Assembly (NCBI GenBank): GCA_028826165.1
Contig: JAPDFW010000024.1
Location: forward strand, 1 to 64,000
Source: Anaeramoeba ignava BMAN
Taxonomy: Eukaryota > Protista > Anaeramoebae
Length of the DNA stretch: 64,000 nucleotides
Direction: 5' to 3'
A model generated the notes under the pieces. The model was not told the DNA's origin. It saw only the letters and a program-made list of their open reading frames with translations, and did not search any database. This document shows, piece by piece, positions 1 through 14,656 of this stretch (position 1 is the stretch's first letter; the number at the start of each line of letters is the position of its first letter). Both the position numbers and the translations under genes were made by a program.

Positions 1-245
1 ATAAATATAAAATATAAATATAAAAAATAAATATAAATATAAATATAAATATAAATATAAATATAAATATAAATATAAATATAAATATAAATATAAATAT
101 AAATATAAATATAAATATAAATATAAATATAAATATAAATATAAATATAAATATAAATATAAATATAAATATAAATATAAATATAAATATAAATATAAAT
201 ATAAATATAAATATAAATATAAATATAAATATAAATATAAATATA
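1..245. repeat. (ATAAAT)n microsatellite
   Basis: Near-perfect hexamer run read directly. Confidence 0.95.
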
Positions 246-782
246 AGAAATATTTCTAATTTCCCTTTTTTTTTCTTTTACATTTAAAAATTGAATTATT
301 TTTATTTAGAATTTTATTTTTATTATAATTATTATGGAAATGAAAATATTTCAAAAATAAAATTATATTTATTTTATTTATATTTATTTATATGAATAAA
401 TTTAGAGGAAAAAGATAAAAAGATATCAAAAAAAAATTTAAGATATTTATTTCAATACTTTTAAATTTGAATAAATATTTTGAATATAAAATATTAAAAT
501 AAAATTAAATTTAATATTTTATTTTCATTTTATAAATAATATTTAAATAATAATATTAATAATATTTTGAAGATTTTTTTCTTTTTTTTCTCAAATTAAT
601 AAATAATAAATAATAAAAGAGAATAAGAAATAAAAATAATTTAAAAAGAAATAATACTTTTTAAAAAACAAATCAAATTTCAATTTTTTTTTTTTTTATT
701 TAATTTTTAAAAATTTAATTTTTGAAAATTTTTAATTTATTTTTGGAAAAATTATTTAAATAAATTAAAATTAAAAATTTTT

Positions 783-1290
783 AAAATTTAAAATTAAAAT
801 TAAAATTAAAATTAAAATTAAATTTAAAATTAAAATTAAAATTAAAATTAAAATTAAAATTAAAATTAAAATTAAATTAAAAATTAAAAAAAAATTAAAA
901 TTAAAATTAAAATTAAAATTAAAATTAAAATTAAAATTAAAATTAAAATTAAAATTAAAATTAAAATTAAAATTAAAAATTAAAATTAAAATTAAAATTA
1001 AAATTAAAATTAAAATTAAAATTAAAATTAAAATTAAAATTAAAATTAAAATTAAAATTAAAATTAAAATTAAAATTAAAATTAAAATTAAAATTAAAAT
1101 TAAAATTAAAATTAAAATTAAAATTAAAATTAAAATTAAAATTAAAATTAAAATTAAAATTAAAATTAAAATTAAAATTAAAATTAAAATTAAAATTAAA
1201 ATTAAAATTAAAATTAAAATTAAAATTAAAATTAAAATTAAAATTAAAATTAAAATTAAAATTAAAATTAAAATTAAAATTAAAATTAAA
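783..1290. repeat. (TTAAAA)n microsatellite
   Basis: Near-perfect hexamer run. Confidence 0.95.
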
Positions 1291-1696
1291 AAATATTTAA
1301 TTATATTTTTTTACTTCTTTCTCTCTTTATTTCTTATTATAAATTTATTATTATTTATTCTAATTTATTTTATTTCTATTTTTTTTATTAAATTCAAAAA
1401 TTAATTAATTAATAAATTTAAATAAATTCATAATAATAAAAAAAATTATTTAATAATAAAAAAATTTTCAAAATTCAAAATTCAAAATTTCAAAATATAT
1501 TTTTATTATTAATAAACAAAAAAATAAACAAAAAAATATCTTAAATTCTCAAATTTAATTATTATTTTTTTTTGAATTATTTTTTTTTTGAATTATTTTT
1601 TGGGAAATTAAATAGGAGTAAATTTAATCAAAAAACAAAAAACAAAAAAAAATTAATTTAAAAAATAAAAATAAAAATAAAAATAATTTTATTTAG

Positions 1697-1849
1697 GAAT
1701 CTCCATTACATTATCTTTGCCAGAATTCATCAATTACAGAAGAAATGATCAAATTATTGAAAGGAACAAATGCTAATTTTAATTTGAAGTATCCCAAAGG
1801 AACAACACCAAAAGATTTACTTCCAGATTCTCTCAAGAAAATGATTTAA
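1697..1849 (+). CDS. Terminal exon of an ankyrin-repeat protein ([50 protein letters not shown])
   Basis: TTTAG acceptor at 1692-1696, then 51 open codons ending in TAA. SPLH..C / LL...AN.N / G.TP..L matches the ankyrin consensus. Upstream exons not seen. Confidence 0.7.
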   Translation, partial: ESPLHYLCQNSSITEEMIKLLKGTNANFNLKYPKGTTPKDLLPDSLKKMI

Positions 1850-4800
1850 AAAACAAATCAAAATTTCTTTTTCCTTTTTTTTCTTTTTTTTCAAATTTTT
1901 TTTTGAAAGTAATTCTTTGGAAAAAAAAATATTCAAATCCAAAATCAATTCCTCTTTTTTTTTTCTCCAAGAAGATTAAATCTCCCTCTTTTTTTTCAAA
2001 GAATTACTTTCAATTTCTTTTTTTTCAAAGAATTAATTTCAATTTCCAATTCGAATTACAAAAAAAAGGAGAACATTTTCCAAATTTTTTTTTTCACAAA
2101 TTCATTTTTTTTTTCTTTCTTTCTTTCTTTTTCACAAATTCATTTTCTTTCTCCTTTTTTTTTTCTTTATTCGTTCTAATTAATTGAAGAATAAAGAATT
2201 TCAAAAAACAAAAACAAAAACAAAATTTTTTATTTTAAATTTTTTTTAATTTAAAATTTTTGTTTTGGAAAAATAGAAACAAAAAGAAAAAGAAAAAAAC
2301 AAAAAGATAAATTATTAAATAATTCAAAATTAAAATTTATTTTCTAATTTGTTAATTATTTAAATAAAAATATTATTTTGATTTTTGATTTACAAAAACA
2401 AAAAAGAAGACAAAGAAAAGAAATATTTTTTTTTATTTTGGGAATAAATTTATTTAAACAAAAAACATAAATTATTTTTTATTTTTATTATTTTGAGAAG
2501 GAAAAATGGAAATTAATAATTAAATTATAATTTATTCAATTATTATTTATTTAATAATAAATTTCCAATTTTTTTTTATTTAAAAACAAAACAAAATTCA
2601 AAACAAATTTATTTTTTTAATTTTGGAAAAAATATTTAATTAATCAAATAATTTTAGATTTATTTTTTTTAAAAGGAATTAATTAATTAATTAATTAATA
2701 AAAATTTATCTTTTTTTCATTTATTATTTTTATTTTAAAAAAAAACAAAATTTAAACAAAGAATTTTAAATAATAAATTTATTATTTATATTTTTTATTA
2801 TTTAGATTTATTAAATAATAATAATATTATTATTAAAGATTAAATTGTTATATTTTATTTTTATTTTTTAAAGAATAAAATTATTTCCTCTTTCTTTAAA
2901 ATAATAATAAAAATAATAAAATAAAAATAGAATAAAAAGAAAAATCTTAAATAAATTATTATAAAAAGAAAAGGAAAATTAATTTTAAAATTTAAATAAA
3001 AAAAATATAAAAATTCTTTCAAATTATTTTATTTTTAAAAAAAATTTAATTAATTAATAAATTAAATATAAAATTAAAGAAATAAATGATTATTAATTTA
3101 TATTTAATTATTTTATTATTTTAAAAAAACAAAAATAAAATAAAGAAATGAAAAATGAAAAATGAATATTAAAAGATTAATTTATTTTTCTTTTTTTCCT
3201 TTTTTGATTTAAATTTAATTGATTTATAAATTTATTTTTTTTAATCATTTTAAATTTATTTTTCTTTTTATTTTACTTTTAAGAATAATAAATAAATATT
3301 TTTTATTTTTGATTTAGAATTTTTTTTCATTTTAGATTTATTTATTCAGATAATTTATTTTAAATAAATAAATAATCAAAAAAATTTAAATAATAATAAT
3401 AATAAAAATATAGAAAAAAAAAGGAATAAATAAATAAGAAAATGATTTTGATTTTGATTTTATTATTAAATTTTAAAATAATTAATTTAAAAAAAGAAAA
3501 AGAAAAAGAAAATGAATAAATTTAAATTTTGAAAAACAAACAAATTGATTATATTTTTAAATAAATATTTTTTAATAAAACAAAATAATTTTTATTAAAT
3601 TTAAAGATTTAAATTATTTATTCTTTCTTCTCAATAATAAAAAATAATAAAATAATAAAAGGAAATTATTATTATTATTATTATTTTTGAAGAGAAATTT
3701 AATCAAAATTATAATAATATTAACAAATAATATTAATAATATTTAATTAATTTTAGAAATGATTTAAAAATAAAAATAAAAATAAAAATAAAAATATTTT
3801 TATTTAGAATTTCTTCTTCTTTTTTTTTAATAATAATAATAATAATCCAAAACAAAACAAAACAAAAAAAAAAACTGGAATTAATTATTTTTGTTTTCAA
3901 ATCAAAAAAAAATACAAAAAATAAATATAAATTTAATAAAAATAAGAAAATGAATAATTTTAAAAAAAAAGAATTTATTATTAATATTAAATTAATATTA
4001 TTAAAAATCAAGAAATAAAATTAATTAATTAAAATAATTTTATTTATTAATTTATTATTTATCATTAAAATTAATTAAGAAATTGTTTTTTAAAACTGTT
4101 TTCATTTTCATTTTTTTTAAAATTTTTTTATTTTCTAAAATTTACAAATTAAAAATAAAAAAATAAAAAAAAAAAAAGAGAAAATGTAATTTAAAATATA
4201 AAATAATTTATTTATAAAATTTATAAAAAGATTTTATTATCTAAATTAATTCAAAATTGATTTAAAAATAAATATAAATTTACAATCAAAAAAATAAATT
4301 TAAATTTAAATCTTAATTAATTTTTAAAAGTATAAATTATTTTTTGTTTTGTTTTGGAAAATAAAAATAATAATAAAATATAATTTAATCAAAATTTAAA
4401 ATAATTAATAAAAAGATTTTAAATAGGAAAATTATTGAAAATTTCTTTTTTTTTCTTTTATTTATAAAAACAAAAACAAAAATAAAAACAAAAACAAAAG
4501 AATTTTATTTAAGAAATGATATTTATTTATTTATTTACAAATAAAAATAAAATCCAATTTATTCTTTTTTATTTTATTTTATTTTATTTTATTTATAATA
4601 TAAAAAGGAAATTTAAAAAATTATTTTTAATGAAGAATTGAATTATTTAATTTCTTAATTTCTTTTTTTATTTATTATTATTATTTATTTATTTATTTTT
4701 GATTAGGAAAAAAAGAAAAGAAAAGAAATCAAATATTTTTTCAAAACAAAATTTAAAAAGAAAAAAAAATAACAAGAATTAAATCAATATTAAATTTATT

Positions 4801-7800
4801 CAATATTTTAATTATCTTCTTTTTATATTTATTAATTTATTAATTTATATTTAACTTTTTTTTTATATAAAAAAATAAAAAATTAAAATTAAAAATAATC
4901 TTTATTTTATTCAAAAAAATATTAGAGAATAGTGGAATGAAAAAATTTCAAAAAAAATAATATAAAAATAGATTTTATAGATTAAGAAAAACAAAACAAA
5001 AAACAAATTTATTATTTATTTTTGGAAAATATAATTATTTGATTTAATTAAATTTTTTATTATTATGAATAAAATAAAATAAAATAAAATTTTAGAAAAT
5101 GAAATTAATTAAAGATTTAAGAGAAAAAAAAAGGATTTAAAATAAATAAAATTATTTATAAAATGAGAATAAAATTTATTAAGAAAATTATTAATATTAA
5201 TATTAATATTAATTAATTATAAATTGAAGATTAAATGAAAATTGATTATATTTATATTTTTATCTAACAAAAAATGAAAAATAATATTTTGTTTTTTTAT
5301 TTTTTGTTTTAAAGAATAAATTTATTATTATTATTAATAAATATTTTATATAATAAATTAATATTAATATTAATATTAAGAAGGGAAAAAAATTATAATA
5401 AATTCTAATTTATTTTCCAAAACCAAAAACAAAAACAATTTTAAATTTTAAATTTTAAATTTAAAAAAGAAAACAAAATTTGATACTTTTTTTTTTCCAA
5501 AAATATTAATTATAAAAATAAGAAAAAATTACTTATTTTTTATAAACAGAATAAAATAAAATTAATTTTTATTTAAAATTAAAATATAAGAAAAAAAGAA
5601 GGAGAAAAAGAAAATTTATATCTAAAATATTTTCAATAAATAAATAAATAAATAAATGAAAAAAAATATTTTAATTTTAATTTTAAACAAAAAAAGAAAA
5701 AGAAGAAGAAGTTTTTTAATTCAATATTATTTCTAATTCTTTTATTCTCCAAAACAAAAACAATCTAAATAAATAAATAAATATTTATTATTTGAAATAA
5801 TATTTAATTCAAAATAATTAATAATAATAAATGAAAAAAAAAAGAGAAAATAAATTTAAATTCCCTAAAAAAAAATTAGAAGATATTAAATAATATAAAT
5901 AAAAAGAAAAAAGAAGAATAAAATTATTTAAAAACAAAACAAAATTTATAAATTATTTCATTATATTTAATAAATATTTCTTATTAATATTTAATTTTAT
6001 AATTTATCTTCCAAAAAGAAAAGAAAAGAAAAGAAAAAACAAATTGATAATAAATATTCAATTTTCTTCTTCTTCTCTTATTTATATTTTTATTAATTCT
6101 TTTTCTTTCTCTTCAAAATAAAATATTATTATAATAATGAAATGATATTTTTTTAATTTTTAATTTTTAATTTTTTAATTTGATAAAATTGATATTTTAA
6201 ATATAAAATAAAATAATAAGAAATATTTTATAGAAGAGAAATGAAATAAAATTATTATTTTTTTTGAATAGAAATTTTGAAATAAATTTACATTTTATTA
6301 ATAAATAAAAAATTAAAAAAAAATTTATTAGATTTAGAAGAATATATTTATTTATATTATAAGAGAAATATTTATTTATTATTTTAAAGAATAAATTGGG
6401 AAAAAAAAGAAAGAAAAAAAATATTAATTTAAATAAAATTTTGGAATTAATGAAATTAAAGATATTGATAATCAAAAATATTTTTTTTTCTTTTCTTTAA
6501 AAACAAAAAAAAAAATAAATAAATAAAAATAAATAAATAAATAAATAAAAATGAAGAATTTTATTTATTAACAAAATTTTAAAAAAAGAAAATAATATTT
6601 TAATAAATATTCCAATAATTTTAATTAATTAATTAATTTATTTTTTTATTTTTTTTGGGAATGATTAAATTATTATTATATAAATATTATTATTTTTATT
6701 ATTATAATTTAATCAATATTTCTCAAATATTTTTCTTTCCCAAAATAATAAAAATAATAAAATAATAAAATAAATTGGAATTATAAACAGAAATATTTAT
6801 TATTATTATTATTATTTTCAGAATTTATAATAATTATTTCATTTCAATTTATATTTAATAAAAAATAATATTCAAGAAGTTAAAACAATAATTTGAAGAT
6901 TTATTTCTTAAATCCAAAAAAAAATAATAAAATAATAAACAAAATAATAATAATAATAATTAAAATTATTTAAATTATTTAAATTATAACAAGAAACAAA
7001 AAGAATTTCCATAAATTTCCTTATTTTTTTATTTTACAAATTTAAATTTTAAAAAAAATATTAAGATTATTATTATTATTATTATTTATAATAAATTTTT
7101 ATTCAATAATAAATTATTTAATATTTAATAAAATATTTTAATTTAATTTAATTTAATTTAATTTAATTTTTTTATTAGGAATAATTTTAATTCTTCAATA
7201 TTTACATATACAAAAAAATAAATAAATTTTTTTATTTTATTTTTTCAGAAATATTTTCAAATTAACAATTTTATAATAAATAAATAAATAAATATTTCTT
7301 TTTATTTTATTTTATTTTATTTAAATAATATTATTTCTCAAATAAAATAAAACAAAAAAAAAGAAAACAAAAATTTATTATTGATTATTAAAATTTTAAA
7401 TAAAAATAAAAATAAAAATAAAAATAAAACATAATTTTGTTTGTTTGTTTTTTTTGGATTGAAAATAATAATAATAATAATAATAATCTTCTTCATATTT
7501 CTTTTTTTTATATTTAATTTATTTCCTAAAAAAATAATAATAATAATATATTATTATTAAATAAAATTCAAAATTTTTTTAATAAATTTAACTTAAATAA
7601 TTATTTTCAAAAATCAAAATTTATTCCATTTTTTTTTTGATTAATATTATTAAACAATAAAAAAAATTAAATTTAAAATTAATAATTAATAAATATAAAT
7701 AAATTATTATTATTTTTATTTTTCAATTCAGAAATTATTAAAAATTGTTTTATTTTTATTATTATTAAATCAAATAATTTCTATTCATTTATTTAATTAA

Positions 7801-10800
7801 GAATATAATCTTTATTAATTTCTTAAATAAATTAAAATTATATTTAATAAAGGAAAATATTTATTTTATTCAAAAAAAATTTAAATATACACAAAAAAAA
7901 AGTTTATTATTATTATTTATTTATTTATTTTCTTATTAAATTTTAAAATCAAAACAAAAAAACAAAAAAAAGAAAAAAAAGAAATTATTTTTTATTTGAT
8001 TTGAATTGAATTGAATTGAATTGAATTGAATTATAAATTATTATTAAATTAATAAGAATGATTTTAAAATAATTTTTATTTTTGGAAAAAAGATATAAAA
8101 ACAAAAACAAAAAAGAAAGGGAATATTGATTAATTTTGATTTTTAATTTTTGAAAATTTATTTAAAGATTTAAAATAGATAAAAATAATAAATAAATATA
8201 TTTTATAATACAGAATTAATTTTTTTTAAAATAATTTATTTCAAAACAAATGTAAAATAAAATATTTCATTTAAATTTCTTATTGAGAAAATGAGAAGAT
8301 TTTAATTATTTCTCCTTAAAAAAAAACCAAATATTAAATAAATTATTTCTCAAAAAAAAAAAGAAAACAAATATTTTTGATAAATTAAAATAATAATAAA
8401 TTTTATTGGATTAATTTATTTTTGTTTTTCAAATTAAAAAAAAAGAAGAAGAAGAAGAGAAATTATTCCCAAAATAAATCTAAATTTAAATATATATTTA
8501 GAAATTAAATTTAAAGAAAAATATTTTATTATTATTTTATTCTTTTTATTTTGGATAATAATAATAATAATAAATTCTTTATAAATTTAATCAATTACTT
8601 TTTTTTTTATCAATAATTTCAATAAAAAAAATATTTATTTATATAAAAATTAGAAAAAATAAAATAATATTTATTTATAATTTATAATAAGATTAAATTT
8701 ATTTTAAAATTATTATTTCTCTAAATTTAAAAATTTAAAATAAATAATTTGAAAATTAATTTTATATATAAATTTTATATAAATTTTCATTTTCATTTTA
8801 TAACAAAAAAAAAACTATTGTGTATATATTAAATATTTTTTAATAATAATAATAATAAAATTGAAAAGAAAATAATTTATAAATAATTATCAATTTCTCT
8901 TTTCTTTTTTATTATTTAATTTCAATTCAAAATTTTAAAAAAATATTAGATTATTTTTATTTCTCTTTTCAAAATGATTATAATCAAGTTTTTTTATTTT
9001 CAATATAATTTAATAATAATAATAATAATAATTTTATTTTTCATTAATATTTTTTATTTATCAGGAAATTATAATATAAATAAATAAATAAAAATTTGAA
9101 TAATTTTGAAAAGAATATTTTATTTTATTTAATTAAATTTAAAAATAATAAATAGAAATATTAATAAAAATATATAAAATAAAATTAAAATTTAAATATT
9201 TTTATTTTTTTTATTTTTATTTTTATTTTTATTTTTGAGGGGAAATTGATATTAAATTGAATAATAAAAAAAATCATAACAAGATATTTTAAGGAGATTT
9301 ATTATTTAAATAAATAAATATTAATTATAAAATGAGAATTAAAGATAATAAATTAAAAAATAAAATAAATAAATTATATGAATTTGAATAAATTAAAATT
9401 TAATAATAAATATATTTTTTTGATTTTGATTATAAATAAATAAATAAAAGAAAAAGTATTTATTGAATTAAAATAATGAAAAAGAACATAATCTTTTTGT
9501 TTTTATTTTAAATTTGATAATAAAAAATAAAAATAAAAATTTCAACAAGAAAATTATAAGTAAATAATAAAAGAATTAAAATTAAACTTTAATTATTCTT
9601 CAAATTTACATTATATATTTATTTTAAAAATTTATAAATAACTTTAATTAAGAAATTGTATCTAAAGTTTAATTATTCTGAAAGTTTATATTTATTTTTT
9701 TTATCAAAAAATTTAGAATAGTTTTAATTAAGAAATTATAAATAAATAAATTTGAATTATTTTTTAAAAAAAAACAAAGAATAAGAAATAAATTATAAGA
9801 TATTTTTATAAATCAAAAAAAAAATATAAAAATTCTTTCTTCAATTTAAATTATTAAATACAAATTATTTTGATTTTTAATATTATAAATAATATTGAAA
9901 GAAAAAAAATTTTAATTTTGATTTGATTAGAATTTAAATAAGTAAAAAGATTTTATTTATTTATTTATTTATTTATTTTTCAGATCTTGTATTAATTAAT
10001 TAATTAATTTAGATTTTTGATTTTCATTATTATTCCACATTAATAAATTGAGATATTTTTGTTTTGTAAATAAATAAATAAATAAAAGAAAAATTATTTA
10101 TCAAACAAATAAAGTTTTTTTTTGTGTTAATAAGAGAAAAATAATGAAAAAAAAGAATATCATCTTTTAAATTTTTTATCAACTAAAAAGAAGAAAAGAA
10201 CAAAAATAAAAATGAAATTTAAAGAGAATATTAATATTAAATAATAATTTTTGATTTTATAAAGATTATCTTAATTAAAATATTTTGAAAGTGAAAATTA
10301 TTTTTAAAAAAAATATAAATAATAAAATAATTTAAATTGAATTGAATATTTTTATTTTTTGAGATTTCCTTTCATTTTGTAAAAGTAATTTTTATTATTC
10401 TTTTCAAATCAAAATTCTTTTATAAATAAATAAATAAAAATAAATTAGAATAATAGATAAATAAATAGATAAATTGAATATAATGTAATTGAAGTGAAAA
10501 AGAAGTTTAATTAATTTTGATAAATTGTAATTATAAATAATAATATAATAAATATAAATTTAGATCAGAAGATAAAAATAAAGAGATAATTTTGATTTTT
10601 ATTTTTTTTTTGGGAATTGAGATTAATAAAATAAAGATTTTTATCTAATATAAATTAAATTAAATTAAATTAAATTTATAAAATTTTGAAATTAAAATAA
10701 ATTTACAAATAAATAAATTAATAAATTAATTTTAGATTTAGATATTAAATTGATTTAAAATAAATAAATAAAAAAATAAAAAAGAAAAGAAAAGAATTTT

Positions 10801-10899
10801 AATTTTTTTTTTGGAAATATTTTTATTTTGGGAATTTTGTATATTTTTGAATTTTTGAGATAAAAGTAAATTTATTACTATTAAGTTTAAATTTCAATT

Positions 10900-12020
10900 A
10901 AATAAATTTAAAATTAATTAATAATAGAAATAAAATAATTAATTTAAATTTATTATTTAATTATTTATAATTGAAATAAAAATAATAAAAATATTTAATT
11001 AAATAATTAATAATAAAAATAAATAATAAAAAATAATTTTATAATTTAAAATAAATATAAAATTAATAATAGAAATAAAATAAATAATTTAAATTTATTA
11101 TTTAATTATTTATAATTGAAATAAAAATAATTAAAATATTTAATTAAATAATTAATAATAAAAAATAAATAATAAAAATAATTTTATAATTTAAAATAAA
11201 TATAAAATTAATAATAGAAATAAAATAATTAATTTAAATTTATTATTTAATTATTTATAATTGAAATAAAAATAATAAAAATATTTAATTAAATAATTAA
11301 TAATAAAAATAAATAATAAAAATAATTTTATAATTTAAAATAAATATAAAATTAATAATAGAAATAAAATAATTTAATTTAAATTTATTATTTAATTATT
11401 TATAATTGAAATAAAAATAATAAAAATATTTAATTAAATAATTAATAATAAAAAAAATAAATAATAAAAATATAATTTTATAATTTAAAATAAAAATATA
11501 AAATTAAATAATAGAAATAAAATAATTAATTTAAATTTATTATTTAATTATTTATAATTGAAATAAAAATAATAAAAATATTTAATTAAATAATTAATAA
11601 TAAAAAAAAATAAAAAAAAAAAATAATTTTATAATTTAATTTAAAATAAATATAAAATTAATAATAGAAATAAAATAATTAATTTAAATTTATTATTTAA
11701 TTATTTATAATTGAAATAAAAATAATAAAAATATTTAATTAAATAATTAATAAAAATAAAAATAAATAATAAAAATAATTTTATAATTTAAAATAAATAT
11801 AAAATTAATAATAGAAATAAAATAAATAATTTAATTTAAATTTTTATTTTTATTTATTTAATTGAAATAAAAATAATAAAAATATTTAATTAAAAATAAT
11901 TAATAATAAAAATAAATAATAAAATATAATTTTATAATTTAAAATAAATATAAAATTAATAATAAAAATAAAATAAAATTTAATTTAAATTTATTATTTA
12001 ATTATTTATAATTGAAATAA
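10900..12020. repeat. ~145-bp AT-rich tandem satellite, about 7-8 copies
   Basis: The AATAGAAATAAAATAA...TTATAATTGAAATAAAAA motif recurs near 10925, 11070, 11215, 11359, 11512, 11665 and 11813. Confidence 0.85.
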
Positions 12021-14460
12021 AATTTAAATTTGAAAAAATAAATTTTAAATAAAAATTAAAAAAAAATTAAATAATTTAAAAATTGAAATTTATTATTTTT
12101 ATTATTAAATATTTTGAAATTTTAATAAAAAATAAATTTTTATTTTTATTTTTATAATTATTTTTAAAAATGAAAAATTTAAAAAATTAAAAATAAAAAT
12201 TAAATTTTAAAAAAAAAAATAAAAAAATAAATTATTTTTATTATTTTAATTGAATTTTAAAAATAAAAATTTAAAAAATTTTTTTTAAAAATTTAAATTT
12301 AAAATAAAATTAAAATAAAAAAAAAATTTTTTAAAAATTAAATTTTAAATTTTAAAAAAAAAAAAAAATAAAAAATAAATAAAATAAAAATGAAATAAAT
12401 ATAAATTTTTGGAGAATAATTAAAAATAAAAAAAAAATATAAAAATAAAAAAAAAAATTAATTTTTAAATTTTTAAAAAAAAAAAAAAAAAAAATAAAAA
12501 TTAATTTATAAATTTTTAAATTTTTAAAATAAAATAAAAAATTAATTAAAAAATAAAATAAAAAAAAATAATTTTAGATTTAGATATTAAATTTAATTTT
12601 TAAAAATTTTTCAAAATAAATAAAAAATAAAAAAAAAAAAAAAGAGTTTTTGATTTTTGAAATATTTTATAAATTTTTTGGGAATATAAAAATAAATTTA
12701 ATAATAATAATAATTTTATTTTTAATAATAAATTTTATTATAAATTAATATTAAATTTTTATTTTCAATTTTGAATATTTTTGAATAAATTTTAAATATT
12801 AAATTAATTTATTTATTTAAAAATAATTAAAATAAAAAGAATTTAAATTAATTTTAATAAAAATTTTAATAAATTTAAATATAAATTAATAAAAAAAAAA
12901 AAAAATGAAAAAAATTTTAATAAATTTAAATTTTTAATTAAAATTAAAAAAAAAAAAATAAAACAAAAAAAAAAAAATTTATTTTTATTTTTATAATTTT
13001 TATTAATTTTAAAATAAAATAAAAAAATTATAATTTGAATAATTTAAAAAAATAGAAAAATAAAAAAATTTTAAAAAAAAAATAATTAAATTAAAAAGTT
13101 AATCAAAATAAAAATAAATAATTTTTATTAATTTAAAATTTAAAAATTAAAATTTTAAAAAAAAATTAAAAATTTAAATTTGAAAAATTAAATTTTTAAA
13201 TAAAAAATAAAAATGAATTTAAAAAAAAATTGAACTTATTATTTTTATTATTTTATATTTATTTTCATTTTATAAAGGTAATTTTTTTTATTTTTTTTAT
13301 TAATTATTTTTAAAAATGAAAAATTTGAAATTAAAAAAAAAAAATTATTTTAAAAATGAAATGAATTAAAATAAATTATTTATTTATAAAAAATAAATAA
13401 ATAAAAATAAATAAAAAAAAAAGAAGTTTAAATAAATTTTTGGAGAATTATAATTATAAATAGGTAATAAATATAAATTTAAATCAGAAGATAAAAAAAA
13501 AATAATTTTTGATTTTTGATTTTTGAAAAAAAAATGAAAATAAAAAATTAATTCAATTTATAAATTTTTGAAATTAAAAAAATAAAATTTTAAATAAAAT
13601 AATTTTAGATTTAGATATTAAATTGATTTGAAAAATAAAAAGTTTTTCAAAATAAAAAAATAAAAAGAAAAAAAAAGAAGAGTTTTTGATTTTTGGAAAT
13701 ATTTTATTTATTTTTGGGAATATAAAAATAAATTTAATAATAATAATTTTATTTTTTTGTATTATTTTTATTATAAATTAATATTAAATTTTTATTTTCA
13801 AAAATTTGAATTTTTGAAAATTAATTTTAATATTAATTTTAATAATAAAAAAAAAATAAATAAAAAAATTTCATTAAAAAAATTTAATTTAAAAAAAAAT
13901 TTAAAATTTAATTTAAAAAGAATTTAAATTAAAATTTAAATAAAATATTTTAAATAAATTTAAAATAAATTAATAAAAAATGAATTAAAAATTAATAAAT
14001 TTTGATTTAATTTAAATTGAAAAAATTTAAAAAAAATAAAAAAAAATTTAAAATAAAAAAACAAAATAAAATAAATTTTGAATTTAAATTATTTTTTAAT
14101 TTGAAAATAAAATAAAAAAGAAATAAATATTTGAAATAAATTTAATAAATTTAAAATAGAAATAAATAAAAAAAAAAAAAAAATTTATATTTAAAAAAAA
14201 AATAAAATTTTTTAAAATTAAAAAAAAAAAAAAAAATAAAGATAAATTAAAATAAAAATAAATAATAAATTAAAAAAAATAAAAAAATAAATAAATATTT
14301 TTATTTTTAAATCAATAAAAATAAATAAATTGAATCAAATATTATTATTAAATAAATTAAATAAAATAAAATTTTATTATTTGAAAAAAAAAAAATTTGA
14401 ATTTATTTTAATTTGAAAAAAAATTGAAAAAAAAATTTGAAATAAAAAAAAAAAATAAAT

Positions 14461-14656
<196 letters not shown>

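Noticed and set aside
783-1290. (TTAAAA)n as a telomeric repeat
   Set aside because: It is internal, lacks G, and is one of several similar AT microsatellites here.
1903-6475. F/I/K/N-rich short ORFs (1903, 3733, 6197); likewise 16749, 33510, 40016, 54210 and 55932
   Set aside because: Their composition is what random AT-rich or repeat DNA yields; no motifs.
12020-14450. Distinct A-rich domain
   Set aside because: It looks like a homopolymer-degraded version of neighbouring repeats, probably low-quality consensus.
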